Below, piece after piece: positions 35,378-44,451 of a DNA stretch of 64,000 nucleotides. A program made the position numbers and the translations under genes. The DNA lies in contig JAJDYQ010000107.1 of NCBI GenBank assembly GCA_022825085.1, positions 5,409 through 69,408 on the forward strand, given 5' to 3'. The notes under the pieces were generated by a model that did not search any database, was not told the origin of the DNA, and worked only from the letters and a program-made list of their open reading frames with translations. Numbering within the stretch: position 1 is the stretch's first letter; each line of letters begins with the position of its first letter. This DNA is from Gammaproteobacteria bacterium. Lineage in GTDB: Bacteria > Pseudomonadota > Gammaproteobacteria > JAJDYQ01.

Positions 35378-35955
35378 GGCTTTCTCCTTGAAAACGATTG
35401 AAGCTGAGTCGGCACTATTATGACACGGTTGGCTGGCGATACGTTAATACTTGAGGGGAGCGCTATGCACAAGCAGGGGCAAAGATAGGCCTCAACCTGC
35501 CGGCTACGGGATTGAACCACAACTCTGCAGCCGTGCAAGGCCCTCGATTTCCTTCTTCAGCGCGGTGAATGCCTTGCCAGCCGGCACTCAACCCGCAGGC
35601 ACAGACAGGTCCATTCGACAAGCACAGCGCCAGCTTTATGTGCCAGCACGATCTCCACATCGACATTGCGGCAGATACTGCCGTCAGAAAAATCCCTCCC
35701 CCCGGCTTCCTTTTCAGCACCGGAACAATCTCACTCAACAGGAACATACCTGATAAGAATAAGGACCGTTAGCCATGAACATCCGGCATGATCAGTGCCA
35801 TCAACCGCAGGCGGGTCGAACCACTTGCCAGAAGGCATTTGTATTTTTATACTTCGCTTTCCGAAAGATTGTTTATCGGGGCTTCCGCGTTAAACGGGCA
35901 ACCAAGTCACCATGACCCCGGTACCCGTCTCCCCGATATGTTCAATGCCGGATGT

Positions 35956-36032
35956 CGGGGTGTAGCTCAGCCTGGTAGAGCACTGCCTTCGGGAGGCAGG
36001 GGGCGGAGGTTCGAATCCTCTCACCCCGACCA
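35956..36032 (+). tRNA. tRNA-Pro (anticodon CGG)
   Basis: CGGGGTGTAGCTCAGCCTGGTAGAGCACTGCCTTCGGGAGGCAGGGGGCGGAGGTTCGAATCCTCTCACCCCGACCA; anticodon loop TTCGGGA. Confidence 0.88.
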
Positions 36033-36082
36033 ATAAATTTCAACAGACCATGGATCATGTATAACGGGAAGGAGGAATTGCA

Positions 36083-36922
36083 ATGCCGGAAAGCGGCTTA
36101 TCCAGAGATATTGATGGCACACCGTATTGCTTTGAAGAATCCCGGCTACCCTTTTTGCAGGAGCTGTCAAATCGCGTTGTGGAACTGCGAAAAGCCGGAC
36201 GACTGACGCCGAAAATATTAAGCAATATAAGACGGTATTTCAAAATAAAGAACATTTATCACTCAAATGCCATTGAAGGCAATGTACTGAGCATCGACGA
36301 AACAAGGCAGGTTGTAGAGCATGGCTTGACGATTACCGGCAAGCCGCTGAAAAACCAGACAGAAGCCAAAAATCTAAAGGAAGCTCTGGATTTTCTGGAA
36401 GATCTGGCAGCACAGCCGAGGAAGCCGATTACTGCGACTAATGTGAGGCAAATTCATCGTTTTGTATTGAAAGATATCGATGATGATAACGCCGGAAAGT
36501 ACAGAAGTAACGATGTTGAGATAAGCGGTTCTGATTATAAGCCCCCGCCCCCCGAATCAGTGCCACCCCAGATGCACGATTTCGGTAACTGGCTGTCAAG
36601 CACCTCGACTGTGGATGATAATCAGGGCACTCTGGAGGCAATACTTTATGCCGCTGTCGCCCATACATGGCTGATGTATATTCATCCTTTCATTGATGGC
36701 AATGGCAGGGTTGCTCGCCTGCTCATGAACCTGATTTTGATGCGGCATGGATATCCCATAGCCATTATCGGAAAAGAGGACAGGTTGCGTTATTACGATG
36801 CGCTTGAAATTTCCCAGTATGCAGATTTATCACCATTTATTACCCTCGTAGAAGAGTGCATAAACGAAAGTCTGGAAGAATATGAAAGGTCAGTAAAGGA
36901 GCGGCAAGAGCAAAAAGAATGA
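36083..36922 (+). CDS. Fic-family protein (AMPylase/phosphocholine transferase fold); frame stays open for 80 codons past the TGA stop
   Basis: HPFIDGNGRVARLL Fic motif. Lies directly 3-prime of tRNA-Pro(CGG). See the finding on the in-frame continuation to 37165. Confidence 0.8.
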   Translation: MPESGLSRDIDGTPYCFEESRLPFLQELSNRVVELRKAGRLTPKILSNIRRYFKIKNIYHSNAIEGNVLSIDETRQVVEHGLTITGKPLKNQTEAKNLKEALDFLEDLAAQPRKPITATNVRQIHRFVLKDIDDDNAGKYRSNDVEISGSDYKPPPPESVPPQMHDFGNWLSSTSTVDDNQGTLEAILYAAVAHTWLMYIHPFIDGNGRVARLLMNLILMRHGYPIAIIGKEDRLRYYDALEISQYADLSPFITLVEECINESLEEYERSVKERQEQKE

Positions 36923-37542
36923 GCGGAAAGTCCGGTTACCCGATTCTCAAAGCAGGAGAAAATCAAGGCCAGAAATGAATATGAAGTATGGAAAAGTGCC
37001 ATGGAATTACTTCGCAGCCACTTTCGCCAGACCGCAGAAATGCTGGATAGCAATACAGCACTTACAGGTCGGGTCTATTTCAAGAATTTTGGCGACCTGG
37101 AATTTGAAAAATACCTGAGTCTGAAGCAAGGCATGTTCTCGAAAAAACATCATTCTTTCGGATAGATTTTGTTAGTGATCATAAATCGGCACGATATCTG
37201 TTTTTTTCGGTTGGCCGAGTCAATCACTCAAAGTTGACACTGACGTCACTCTTCACCTGTCACGTGAGGAACCGCCAAAGTCCTTCCACTATGAAAGGCT
37301 GGAAAATATTGATTCGTCAAACATACTCAGTACCATCGAGCTTGGTTATTGTGTCAGCAGGGAAAGTTTTGTCACAAAAGGAAAATCCGGGCGCAAAAAA
37401 ATGGATAAAATAGAAAATATTTGGAAAAAAATTCTTCGATGAGGTCACCAAGCATCACTTTCAAGCGTAGGGGAGCACTGAAGCAATTATGTTCAATATG
37501 GATATATGGATTAAAGTCCGGCCGGGCAAACAAGAGAATCAG

Positions 37543-38418
37543 TTATATCTCGCTCAACAGCTTTTCCGTCATGGATTCTGCCTGTCGCAGATAACTGCCG
37601 CCAAACAGATTATAGTGATTAAGGATATGGTACAGGTTGTATAGCGTTTTTCTGACCGGATAACCCTCGTTCAGGGGCCAGACGCCGTTATAGGCATCAT
37701 AAAACTTTGTTCCGGGTGCGCCAAACAGTTCAGTCATAGCTATATCTGCTTCACGATCTCCGTAGTAGGTTGCCGGATCATATATAACCGGTTCGCCGTG
37801 GTCGTCAAATGACCAGTTACCTGCCCATAAATCGCCATGCAGCAGTGAGGCTTGTGGCTGGTAAGCCGAAAAGAAGCGGGGCATGGCTTCCATCAGCTCA
37901 TTTCCCCGGTCTATCAGGCGACCCCCACAACCATTTTGCCTCGCCAGCCGAAGTTGGTATCCCAGGCGTCGGTTCTGCCAGAATCTGGCCCAGTTCTTAT
38001 CCGAATTGTTCTGCTGGGGAGTTGAACCGATGGTGTTGTCGATCCTGAAACCAAATGTTTCATTCGTATGTCTGTGCATGGCTGCCAGCTTTTCGCCAAA
38101 TTTTGCGGCACTCCCCTGTCTGGTAAGGGTTATGTACTCCAGTACCAGATAGCTGTGTCCACCTGCTTCGCCGTAGCAGATGGGGCGCGGCACGTTTATT
38201 GTGCCGGTATCCGTCATTGCCCACAGGCCTGCTGCCTCAGCAATAAACATGTCCAACAGTGATGCGGCATTGGTCTTTATAAAGTAGCGACAGGCACCGC
38301 TATCGAGCCGAAAGGCGGTATTGATACTGCCGCCACTTATCGGTTGTTGTCCATCAGCCTGAAAGGGGATGCCGGTTACACGGGTGATATTTTCAGTAAT
38401 GGCCCGGATCAATTCCAT
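37543..38418 (-). CDS. Fructosamine/ketosamine-3-kinase family protein
   Basis: 291 aa; aminoglycoside-phosphotransferase-like fold with HGDLWAGN and YDPATYYGDRE motifs. Confidence 0.85.
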   Translation of the reverse strand: MELIRAITENITRVTGIPFQADGQQPISGGSINTAFRLDSGACRYFIKTNAASLLDMFIAEAAGLWAMTDTGTINVPRPICYGEAGGHSYLVLEYITLTRQGSAAKFGEKLAAMHRHTNETFGFRIDNTIGSTPQQNNSDKNWARFWQNRRLGYQLRLARQNGCGGRLIDRGNELMEAMPRFFSAYQPQASLLHGDLWAGNWSFDDHGEPVIYDPATYYGDREADIAMTELFGAPGTKFYDAYNGVWPLNEGYPVRKTLYNLYHILNHYNLFGGSYLRQAESMTEKLLSEI

Positions 38419-39047
38419 TATTTGCCGAGAATGTTCATTTCCCGGCTGAGGCGATCATGCAGTGGACTGCTCCGGGGGAAGTGTGCGAGCAGAAATTTCA
38501 TCTGATCCGCCAGCACTTGCCTGCCCTGCAGATAAACATATTCAGCATGAGTCGGGGTGAACGGGATCGCCAGAAGTTCCATGCCTGCTTCTTCCGGTGT
38601 ACGCCCGGCTTTATGGTTGTTGCAGCGCTTGCAGGCGGTGACGACATTGTTCCAGACATCCTGTCCCTGCCGGCTGATTGGTGTTACATGGTCGCGGGAG
38701 AGTAGCTTTGCCTGAAATTTGTTGCCACAGTAGAGGCACATATGGCCATCTCTCTTGAATAGTGACGAGTTGTTCAGTGGTGCCGAATAACGCCGCTGTG
38801 CCTTGTACAGGCCACCAGCATGGCCTTTGGTCGCAATAATCGAGTTCACTTCAACAATGCTGCGTCTGCCACTGGTAGCGTTTATGCCGCCATGTATTTC
38901 ATATAGCAGGGCACCGCAGGTATAGGCAATCACGTCAAGGTAGTGAAACCGAACGGCTTCCCGATAAGAAATCCATTCCAGCGGCATACCGGAGGCATCT
39001 GTCCGGAGAACTTGTTGATTCAGGCCGCTACTGGCGTTTGCTGTCAT
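38418..39047 (-). CDS. HNH endonuclease-domain protein
   Basis: 209 aa; CLYCG ... H ... N ... CKRCNNHK HNH/zinc-finger core. Its stop overlaps the start of the downstream kinase-fold gene. Confidence 0.75.
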   Translation of the reverse strand: MTANASSGLNQQVLRTDASGMPLEWISYREAVRFHYLDVIAYTCGALLYEIHGGINATSGRRSIVEVNSIIATKGHAGGLYKAQRRYSAPLNNSSLFKRDGHMCLYCGNKFQAKLLSRDHVTPISRQGQDVWNNVVTACKRCNNHKAGRTPEEAGMELLAIPFTPTHAEYVYLQGRQVLADQMKFLLAHFPRSSPLHDRLSREMNILGK

Positions 39048-39118
39048 AAGTCCGTCCCGTGGTTTTCAGGCATTCTCCAGAAAATCGGCATCATTGCAAT
39101 GCCTTTCTTATACCCCGA

Positions 39119-40351
39119 TCATTTGAATTTGTGGATAGCCTCAATCAGTTCGGCAGCAGATTGAAATCGCCCATCAGGAGACTTGGATAACATTTTCTCC
39201 AGCAGAGGTTGGTATTTTTGATGCGGTGCCTGAAGTTTTGGGATTTCCGCATGTACATGCTTGTAGAACATCGCCATTGGGTTATCGGCTCGATATGGCT
39301 TTTTTCCGGTCAGCATCTGGTAATAGATGATACCCAGACTGTAAATGTCGGAACGGTGATCAACATTTTTGCCGCGTGCCTGTTCTGGACTGACATAGGA
39401 GGGAGTCCCATAAACTTCACCATGGTCGCTCAGGTCCTCTTCTATGACCATTCGGGCCAGACCAAAATCAAGAATGGCAAGGGTATCGTCTGCGCGGAAC
39501 AGTATGTTGCCGGGCTTAAGGTCTCTATGGACGATCTTTTTTCGATGTACATCATCCAACCCACTGGCTATCTGCCGCAGGTAGTCCAGTGCTTTGTCAG
39601 GTTTTATTCCTCCGCGGATGCGGCGTATCAGATTACCGCCAGAAAATCTTTCCATCACGATGAAGGCATACTCATCGGTGAATGTCTGATCGAAAATTTT
39701 GGCGACATGAATGTTTTCAATACTGGCCAGTATGTTGTATTCACGGATGAAGCGCTCAATCATGCGGTCGTCATCTATGTTATTTACATCCAGCACCTTG
39801 ACTGCCACTTCGAGGCCATCCAGAGCTCTTTCTGCCAACCAGACCCGTGACATACCGCCCCGACCGAGTTCGCGTATCAGGCGATAGCCACGCAGACCAT
39901 GGATTTTCTTTGTCAGCGTGTCATTGTCGGCGTATTGATTGGTGGCGGGTTCAGCGATGCCAGATGCGGTATTAGCATCTCGCAATCCACGGTCCGAGAA
40001 GCGTTTCATGCCTTCTGCGACCGCATTGTTCAGCGAAGATGTGGTCAACCCCTCCAAGGGCAGTATATTCGGCAAATCGGGGACGCTCCGGCTGGTGCTG
40101 AGCAGGATTATCAGAGGCAGGCTGCCATTTTCAGATTGCTCAAGCAGTTTGCGCATGGCTTCATCGGCATGGTCAAAACCGCTCAGTATTATAGCATCGG
40201 AGTTTTTGAGTTTCGGGTCGGAACCTATGTCTTCCAGATTGTATTTGTGTATGTCGGCGCCCGGCCAGCCTAAATCAAGATACTGGCTCAGGAGAAGAAA
40301 GTGCTCTTCCAATCGGTCAATGATGGCAAAATGACGTTCCATAATCAGCAT
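39119..40351 (-). CDS. Hanks-type Ser/Thr protein kinase with N-terminal pseudo-receiver-like domain
   Basis: LGRGGMSRVWLAERALDGLEVAVKVL (Gly-loop, VAVK), HRDLKPGNILF, DFGLA and GTPSYVSPE. The N-terminal ~145 aa have a receiver-like hhhD/hhhhS pattern. Confidence 0.85.
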   Translation of the reverse strand: MLIMERHFAIIDRLEEHFLLLSQYLDLGWPGADIHKYNLEDIGSDPKLKNSDAIILSGFDHADEAMRKLLEQSENGSLPLIILLSTSRSVPDLPNILPLEGLTTSSLNNAVAEGMKRFSDRGLRDANTASGIAEPATNQYADNDTLTKKIHGLRGYRLIRELGRGGMSRVWLAERALDGLEVAVKVLDVNNIDDDRMIERFIREYNILASIENIHVAKIFDQTFTDEYAFIVMERFSGGNLIRRIRGGIKPDKALDYLRQIASGLDDVHRKKIVHRDLKPGNILFRADDTLAILDFGLARMVIEEDLSDHGEVYGTPSYVSPEQARGKNVDHRSDIYSLGIIYYQMLTGKKPYRADNPMAMFYKHVHAEIPKLQAPHQKYQPLLEKMLSKSPDGRFQSAAELIEAIHKFK

Positions 40352-40362
40352 TGTTCCACAAA

Positions 40363-40390
40363 TATGGTCCCTGGGCTTTAATGGACCATA
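40363..40390. promoter_or_regulatory. Perfect 8-bp inverted repeat (TATGGTCC-N12-GGACCATA) abutting the Ser/Thr kinase start
   Basis: Located 12 nt upstream of the kinase ATG. Could form an RNA hairpin in the 5-prime UTR or a dimeric protein operator. Confidence 0.3.
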
Positions 40391-40852
40391 ATATAGTACA
40401 CGCCCCCAATCAAAGATGGTCTGTATTGGCAGAGGCTACCAGCGAACGCTCACCAACACCTGTCTTGTCCGGGTCATCAATAATAAAGTATCCGGATAAA
40501 TCATTTTTTCTTTTTTCGCAGCCTGCCATACCGACTTTGTGTTGAGACAGGCAGGTGGGTTGATTCTTTTCAGGTAACCATAAGAATAGGGACACCGTGA
40601 TAGTATCAGCTCGACCCTGGGCCTATGCGGAGACAATCAGATGACAGCTTTTGTAGATAATTATTTACTCAGTTTTCCGGCCACAGTAGCAGCTTCACAT
40701 TGTCAGAGCAGATATGGATAAATGGCAGTGGAAGGTGCCAAGAGCCGCCTTTGTGAATCTGACAAAACATTGCAGACAGTCTCGGGCAGGTTCAGGCCAC
40801 CTGAGGTATATAGCCGGGCAGCCTATAACCGGACATAGGCCCCGCGTCTGAA

Positions 40853-41131
40853 TCAACGCCCAAACAATTTGCCGATGAGGCCACCGAAAAGTCCCTTTTT
40901 TCTGGCACCTCGCTTGCTTGGGCGAGATCTCCCCATCACATTCAGGAAACGGTCACCCGCATCGTCACCAATCTCCCTGCATAGCATCTTGAATACGTAA
41001 TCCACCGAAATTCCGCGCTCAGCAAGCTCTTTGGCCTGCTCCTTAATCCACGCATCAGACGGTTTTTTCTTCATCCCATTGATAAAGCCATCAAGCAGGG
41101 TTTTTGACCACATTGTATGTTCATCAGCCAT
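40853..41131 (-). CDS. Small hypothetical protein with cationic amphipathic C-terminal tail
   Basis: 92 aa, ends KRGARKKGLFGGLIGKLFGR. Lies between the kinase and the VWA-FHA gene on the same strand. Confidence 0.5.
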   Translation of the reverse strand: MADEHTMWSKTLLDGFINGMKKKPSDAWIKEQAKELAERGISVDYVFKMLCREIGDDAGDRFLNVMGRSRPSKRGARKKGLFGGLIGKLFGR

Positions 41132-41213
41132 GAGCGAGCTCCTTAATAATTGCCAATCAGAGTAAATTTACCGGATTATGCCGGAAAATACCATGAAATG
41201 AATAGATATTTTA

Positions 41214-42683
41214 TTATTTGGATGGCAGCCGGGTACGAAACATCCGAGTAGCCTGCATATCGTTTGCCGGGGCACCTTCTGTCACAAAACGCAGGCGGAT
41301 ATCACCAATTTCTATGACATCGTCGTTCTTCAGGTCATGCTTCTTTACTTCCTGATTATTGATCAGCAAGCCATTTTTGGAACCAAGGTCTTTGATGGTG
41401 AACTGCCCCATATCATTGAGGCATATTTCAGCATGGTATCGAGATATGGCAGAGTCTGGCAAGGCAATGTCATTTTCCCGATATCGACCGATCTTTGTTG
41501 AAAGTGAACGAACAGGATAACGTCGCGTCTTTTGTTCACCATCCAAAATCTCCAGCCAGGCCGCCGCAGGGGGAGCTCCATTTTCTTCTCTGTCCACCTG
41601 AGGCAGGGGGGCGCTACCACGGGGTCTGAGACGCCATAGCAGGACGATAATGGATATGGCAAGCAGTAGGCTTAATAGCAGCAACGACCAGTACAGAGTA
41701 TCATCTTCAATCTGCCCGTTTTCCTGTACGCGCTCGATAATAACTGTGGGCGGCGGGACCGGTTCCTCGACCTTGGGCTGTATCTTGACTTTATCCGGCA
41801 GGGTGACTGGAACAGGTATCGATATCTGTCCAGATAAGGCTTGCAGAGCAATTTGTAAATGATGCCTGCCAGCAAGATTGGCAGCTATGGCATCCGAGAG
41901 ATCTATGTCATAGCTGCCAGATACATTCAGGCTATTGATTACCGCATGGATATCTTCTTGTTGCAAGCCATAGTATGCCGGTTTTGCCGCGATGTAGGTG
42001 CCGCCCGTATCTTCAGATAAGCGTCGCAGGGTTTGCAGGGCAACACTGTTGGATATGTTGTCAGCATAGCCGATCGTATGCAGGCTGATGTCATTTTGTA
42101 TGGCCGACTGCACTACATCACGGTGAAAATAGGCATAGTCCTCCGCCAATCCGTCGGACATCATCAATATCGATTTAACGTCCGCTGCAACCTGCCTGAG
42201 AATATTAATGGCCCCAAGGGTGTTCCTGTAGAGCTCGGTTGTTTTGCCCTTTGCGCGAATCGATCTGGCTGCCTGTATAATTTCTTCCCTGCTGCTGCCC
42301 GGCGGGGCCAGCAGATGCAGCTCTGTATCAAATCGGGCAATACCTGTCAGGGTGTGGCCCGGCAGCCGGTTGACAATTTCTTCGACGTGAGCAGCCTGAC
42401 TTCGAAGTGAGTCGGCTCGACGAGGATCACTGGAATCGATCAATATCAACAGAGCCGACACAAGCTGCCGCTCACTTTCCTGCAATGACAGGTCAACATC
42501 GTCCAGACTTGCCCTCGGTTGCGGGTAAGGACCCGGGGGTGTGCGCAGCATGACCCACAGGTGATCGCTGCTCCCCTGTTTGTAAAGCACCGCTGTCCCA
42601 TCACGCACAATCATGCTGGCATCAAGAAGCCCGGCACGCAATATGAGCACCACCAGCAGGCAGATTTGATATATTTGTCGCAT
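41214..42683 (-). CDS. Signal peptide-VWA (periplasmic)-TM-FHA (cytoplasmic) protein
   Basis: 489 aa; N-terminal signal-like hydrophobic segment; VWA-like region (ILIDSSDP ... LMMSDG); TM LYWSLLLLSLLLAISIIVLLW; C-terminal FHA (GRYRENDIALPDSAISRYHAEI ... DLGSKNGLLINNQEV). Confidence 0.8.
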   Translation of the reverse strand: MRQIYQICLLVVLILRAGLLDASMIVRDGTAVLYKQGSSDHLWVMLRTPPGPYPQPRASLDDVDLSLQESERQLVSALLILIDSSDPRRADSLRSQAAHVEEIVNRLPGHTLTGIARFDTELHLLAPPGSSREEIIQAARSIRAKGKTTELYRNTLGAINILRQVAADVKSILMMSDGLAEDYAYFHRDVVQSAIQNDISLHTIGYADNISNSVALQTLRRLSEDTGGTYIAAKPAYYGLQQEDIHAVINSLNVSGSYDIDLSDAIAANLAGRHHLQIALQALSGQISIPVPVTLPDKVKIQPKVEEPVPPPTVIIERVQENGQIEDDTLYWSLLLLSLLLAISIIVLLWRLRPRGSAPLPQVDREENGAPPAAAWLEILDGEQKTRRYPVRSLSTKIGRYRENDIALPDSAISRYHAEICLNDMGQFTIKDLGSKNGLLINNQEVKKHDLKNDDVIEIGDIRLRFVTEGAPANDMQATRMFRTRLPSK

Positions 42684-42962
42684 ACTTCACAAATTATAGA
42701 TCAAAATACTGATACTTGGGCTGGATCAGGCATTCTTACATAGGACTACCATAGTCAGCCTTGAAGCGGTTCTAGGTTTAATCAGAGCCTTTCTTAGTCT
42801 GGCAGCTTGCAGGAAAGGACAAAACTCAGAAAGCCGGTATCAGTTATGAGACACCGACAACAGGACGCAATGGTTACACCGGCACTGTAGATGTGGCATG
42901 GTAACCAAGGGAGGAAGCACCGCGGGAAAGGTACCGACCCGACGAGAAAAAATGATACTGTA

Positions 42963-43328
42963 TCAGCAACCGAGCGCTCTGTCGATTTTCGCGAACATCA
43001 TCGCCTTATCAAACGGCTTTACTATGTATTCAACCGCACCCTGACGCTGCCCATAAACAATATCTGCTTCCTGATCTTTCGATGAAACGATAATGACAGG
43101 AATATTTGAAGTTTCAGGGTCATGGTTCAGTTTGCGCATGGCCTGAAAACCATTCATGCCGGGCATAATCAGATCCATCAAAACAAGGTCCGGTTTTTTC
43201 GTACGGACCTTTTTGATACCGCTTTCCCCATCTCTTGCGAAAGAGACGCTATGCCCTCCCTGTTGTACTATCTTTGCGATTATCTGCGAACAGGTCGGGG
43301 AATCATCAATAATCAGTATGGATGCCAT
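42963..43328 (-). CDS. Single-domain response regulator (CheY-like)
   Basis: 121 aa; ILIIDDSPT ... DLVLMDLIMPGMNGF ... YIVKPF. Confidence 0.85.
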   Translation of the reverse strand: MASILIIDDSPTCSQIIAKIVQQGGHSVSFARDGESGIKKVRTKKPDLVLMDLIMPGMNGFQAMRKLNHDPETSNIPVIIVSSKDQEADIVYGQRQGAVEYIVKPFDKAMMFAKIDRALGC

Positions 43329-43365
43329 AATTTTATACCTTGAATACGAATGTATTGATAGTTAA

Positions 43366-43701
43366 TCAGGTAATAATTTCCGTGAGCGAAGGATCGCCTG
43401 AAGTATCAATATGCAGCTCTCTTATATCTGGAATTCGCCAGGCAATATAAGCAGCCATGGCCACCTTCAGGGAAAGATTGTCGCTTTCAAGAGCAAGCAT
43501 CAGGCGCTCAGCAACAATCTGACTGCGCTGAAGCAGATCCGGTTCATGGACATATTCAGGCCCCATGCGCCATCCTCGGTCCATGTCTCTGTCCATAGTG
43601 GCAAAAAAGCCCATGCCCTGTTTAATATCGGCATGATCAACGTATATCGTGTACTGATCGCCTTCTATAAACACATCGAATTCAATACTATCGTTTGACA
43701 T
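43366..43701 (-). CDS. Hypothetical protein
   Basis: 111 aa ORF immediately upstream of the CheY-like gene on the same strand. No family recognised. Confidence 0.5.
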   Translation of the reverse strand: MSNDSIEFDVFIEGDQYTIYVDHADIKQGMGFFATMDRDMDRGWRMGPEYVHEPDLLQRSQIVAERLMLALESDNLSLKVAMAAYIAWRIPDIRELHIDTSGDPSLTEIIT

Positions 43702-44207
43702 TGTTGAGCTGCTTCGCGGATTTCCAGCTTAAAAATTTAAAGATGCTGTCCATTATTCTACAAGGCAATAAAGACAATACAAAATTATAGAGGATGCTTT
43801 TGGCTCAATGGTTAATAACTTCAGACAAACGGCAACAATCCACATCATACCACTAATTATTTATGTATTTTATTGCGCGTCAGCTACGTAGAGCCCTGCT
43901 TTTTCTGTTCTGGACTGTATTGTGAGGGTGTGGCGGCGGAAATATTCTGGATTGAGTGGTTACAAATTCTGGATAAGCGGTGATCGATTACATCGATTGT
44001 AGCCCAATTATTGCTTGGGTTTCATTATAGATGCACTACAAAAGCCCGCTCATCCTCAGTTGCTGCATTTCAGGAGATGGCAGTAACGGGCCAGAAGGAC
44101 ACGAGGTACTGGCATTGCACCAGCCCGATGAGAACATGGCGCATGGGAATTCCGGCGGGGCGATGCCCGTCTCAGCCTCCCCGATGTGTGGCAGAAAATC
44201 TGGCTGG

Positions 44208-44390
44208 TCAGTTCATGACATGCTCAAGCCTTTGCGGGGCATAGCCACCTGGATCAAAGCTGTAACGAACCGGTTCAGAGATGAACTCGATGCGATTACA
44301 TGCCGGGCATTGATGCCACTCCAGAAAGCTATCCTGATGATTTTCCCTCTTTATCAAACGCATATGGGAGTAACAACGCGTGCACTGCAT
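44208..44390 (-). CDS. Small zinc-ribbon (CxxC...CxxC) hypothetical protein downstream of nrdB
   Basis: 60 aa; MQCTRCYSH ... QCPACN. Starts 60 nt after the nrdB stop on the same strand. Confidence 0.4.
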   Translation of the reverse strand: MQCTRCYSHMRLIKRENHQDSFLEWHQCPACNRIEFISEPVRYSFDPGGYAPQRLEHVMN

Positions 44391-44451
44391 AGACCACCTC
44401 CTATGGTTTTAACCATTATATGCGGACCAGTATGGCCCGTTTCAGCAAATT

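Noticed and set aside
35451-36036. Several 60-100-aa ORFs in the ppa/tRNA-Pro(CGG) spacer
   Set aside because: They are mutually overlapping on both strands and low-complexity. One runs through the tRNA. None looks coding.
36921-36940. GGAAAGTCCGG motif identical to the RNase P RNA (rnpB) P4 hallmark, immediately after the fic stop
   Set aside because: Only the 11-nt core matches. It is followed by TTACCC rather than GCTCC, and none of the other conserved rnpB elements (for example the AACCCGGCTTA partner) occur nearby. It lies inside the in-frame continuation of fic. Judged coincidental.
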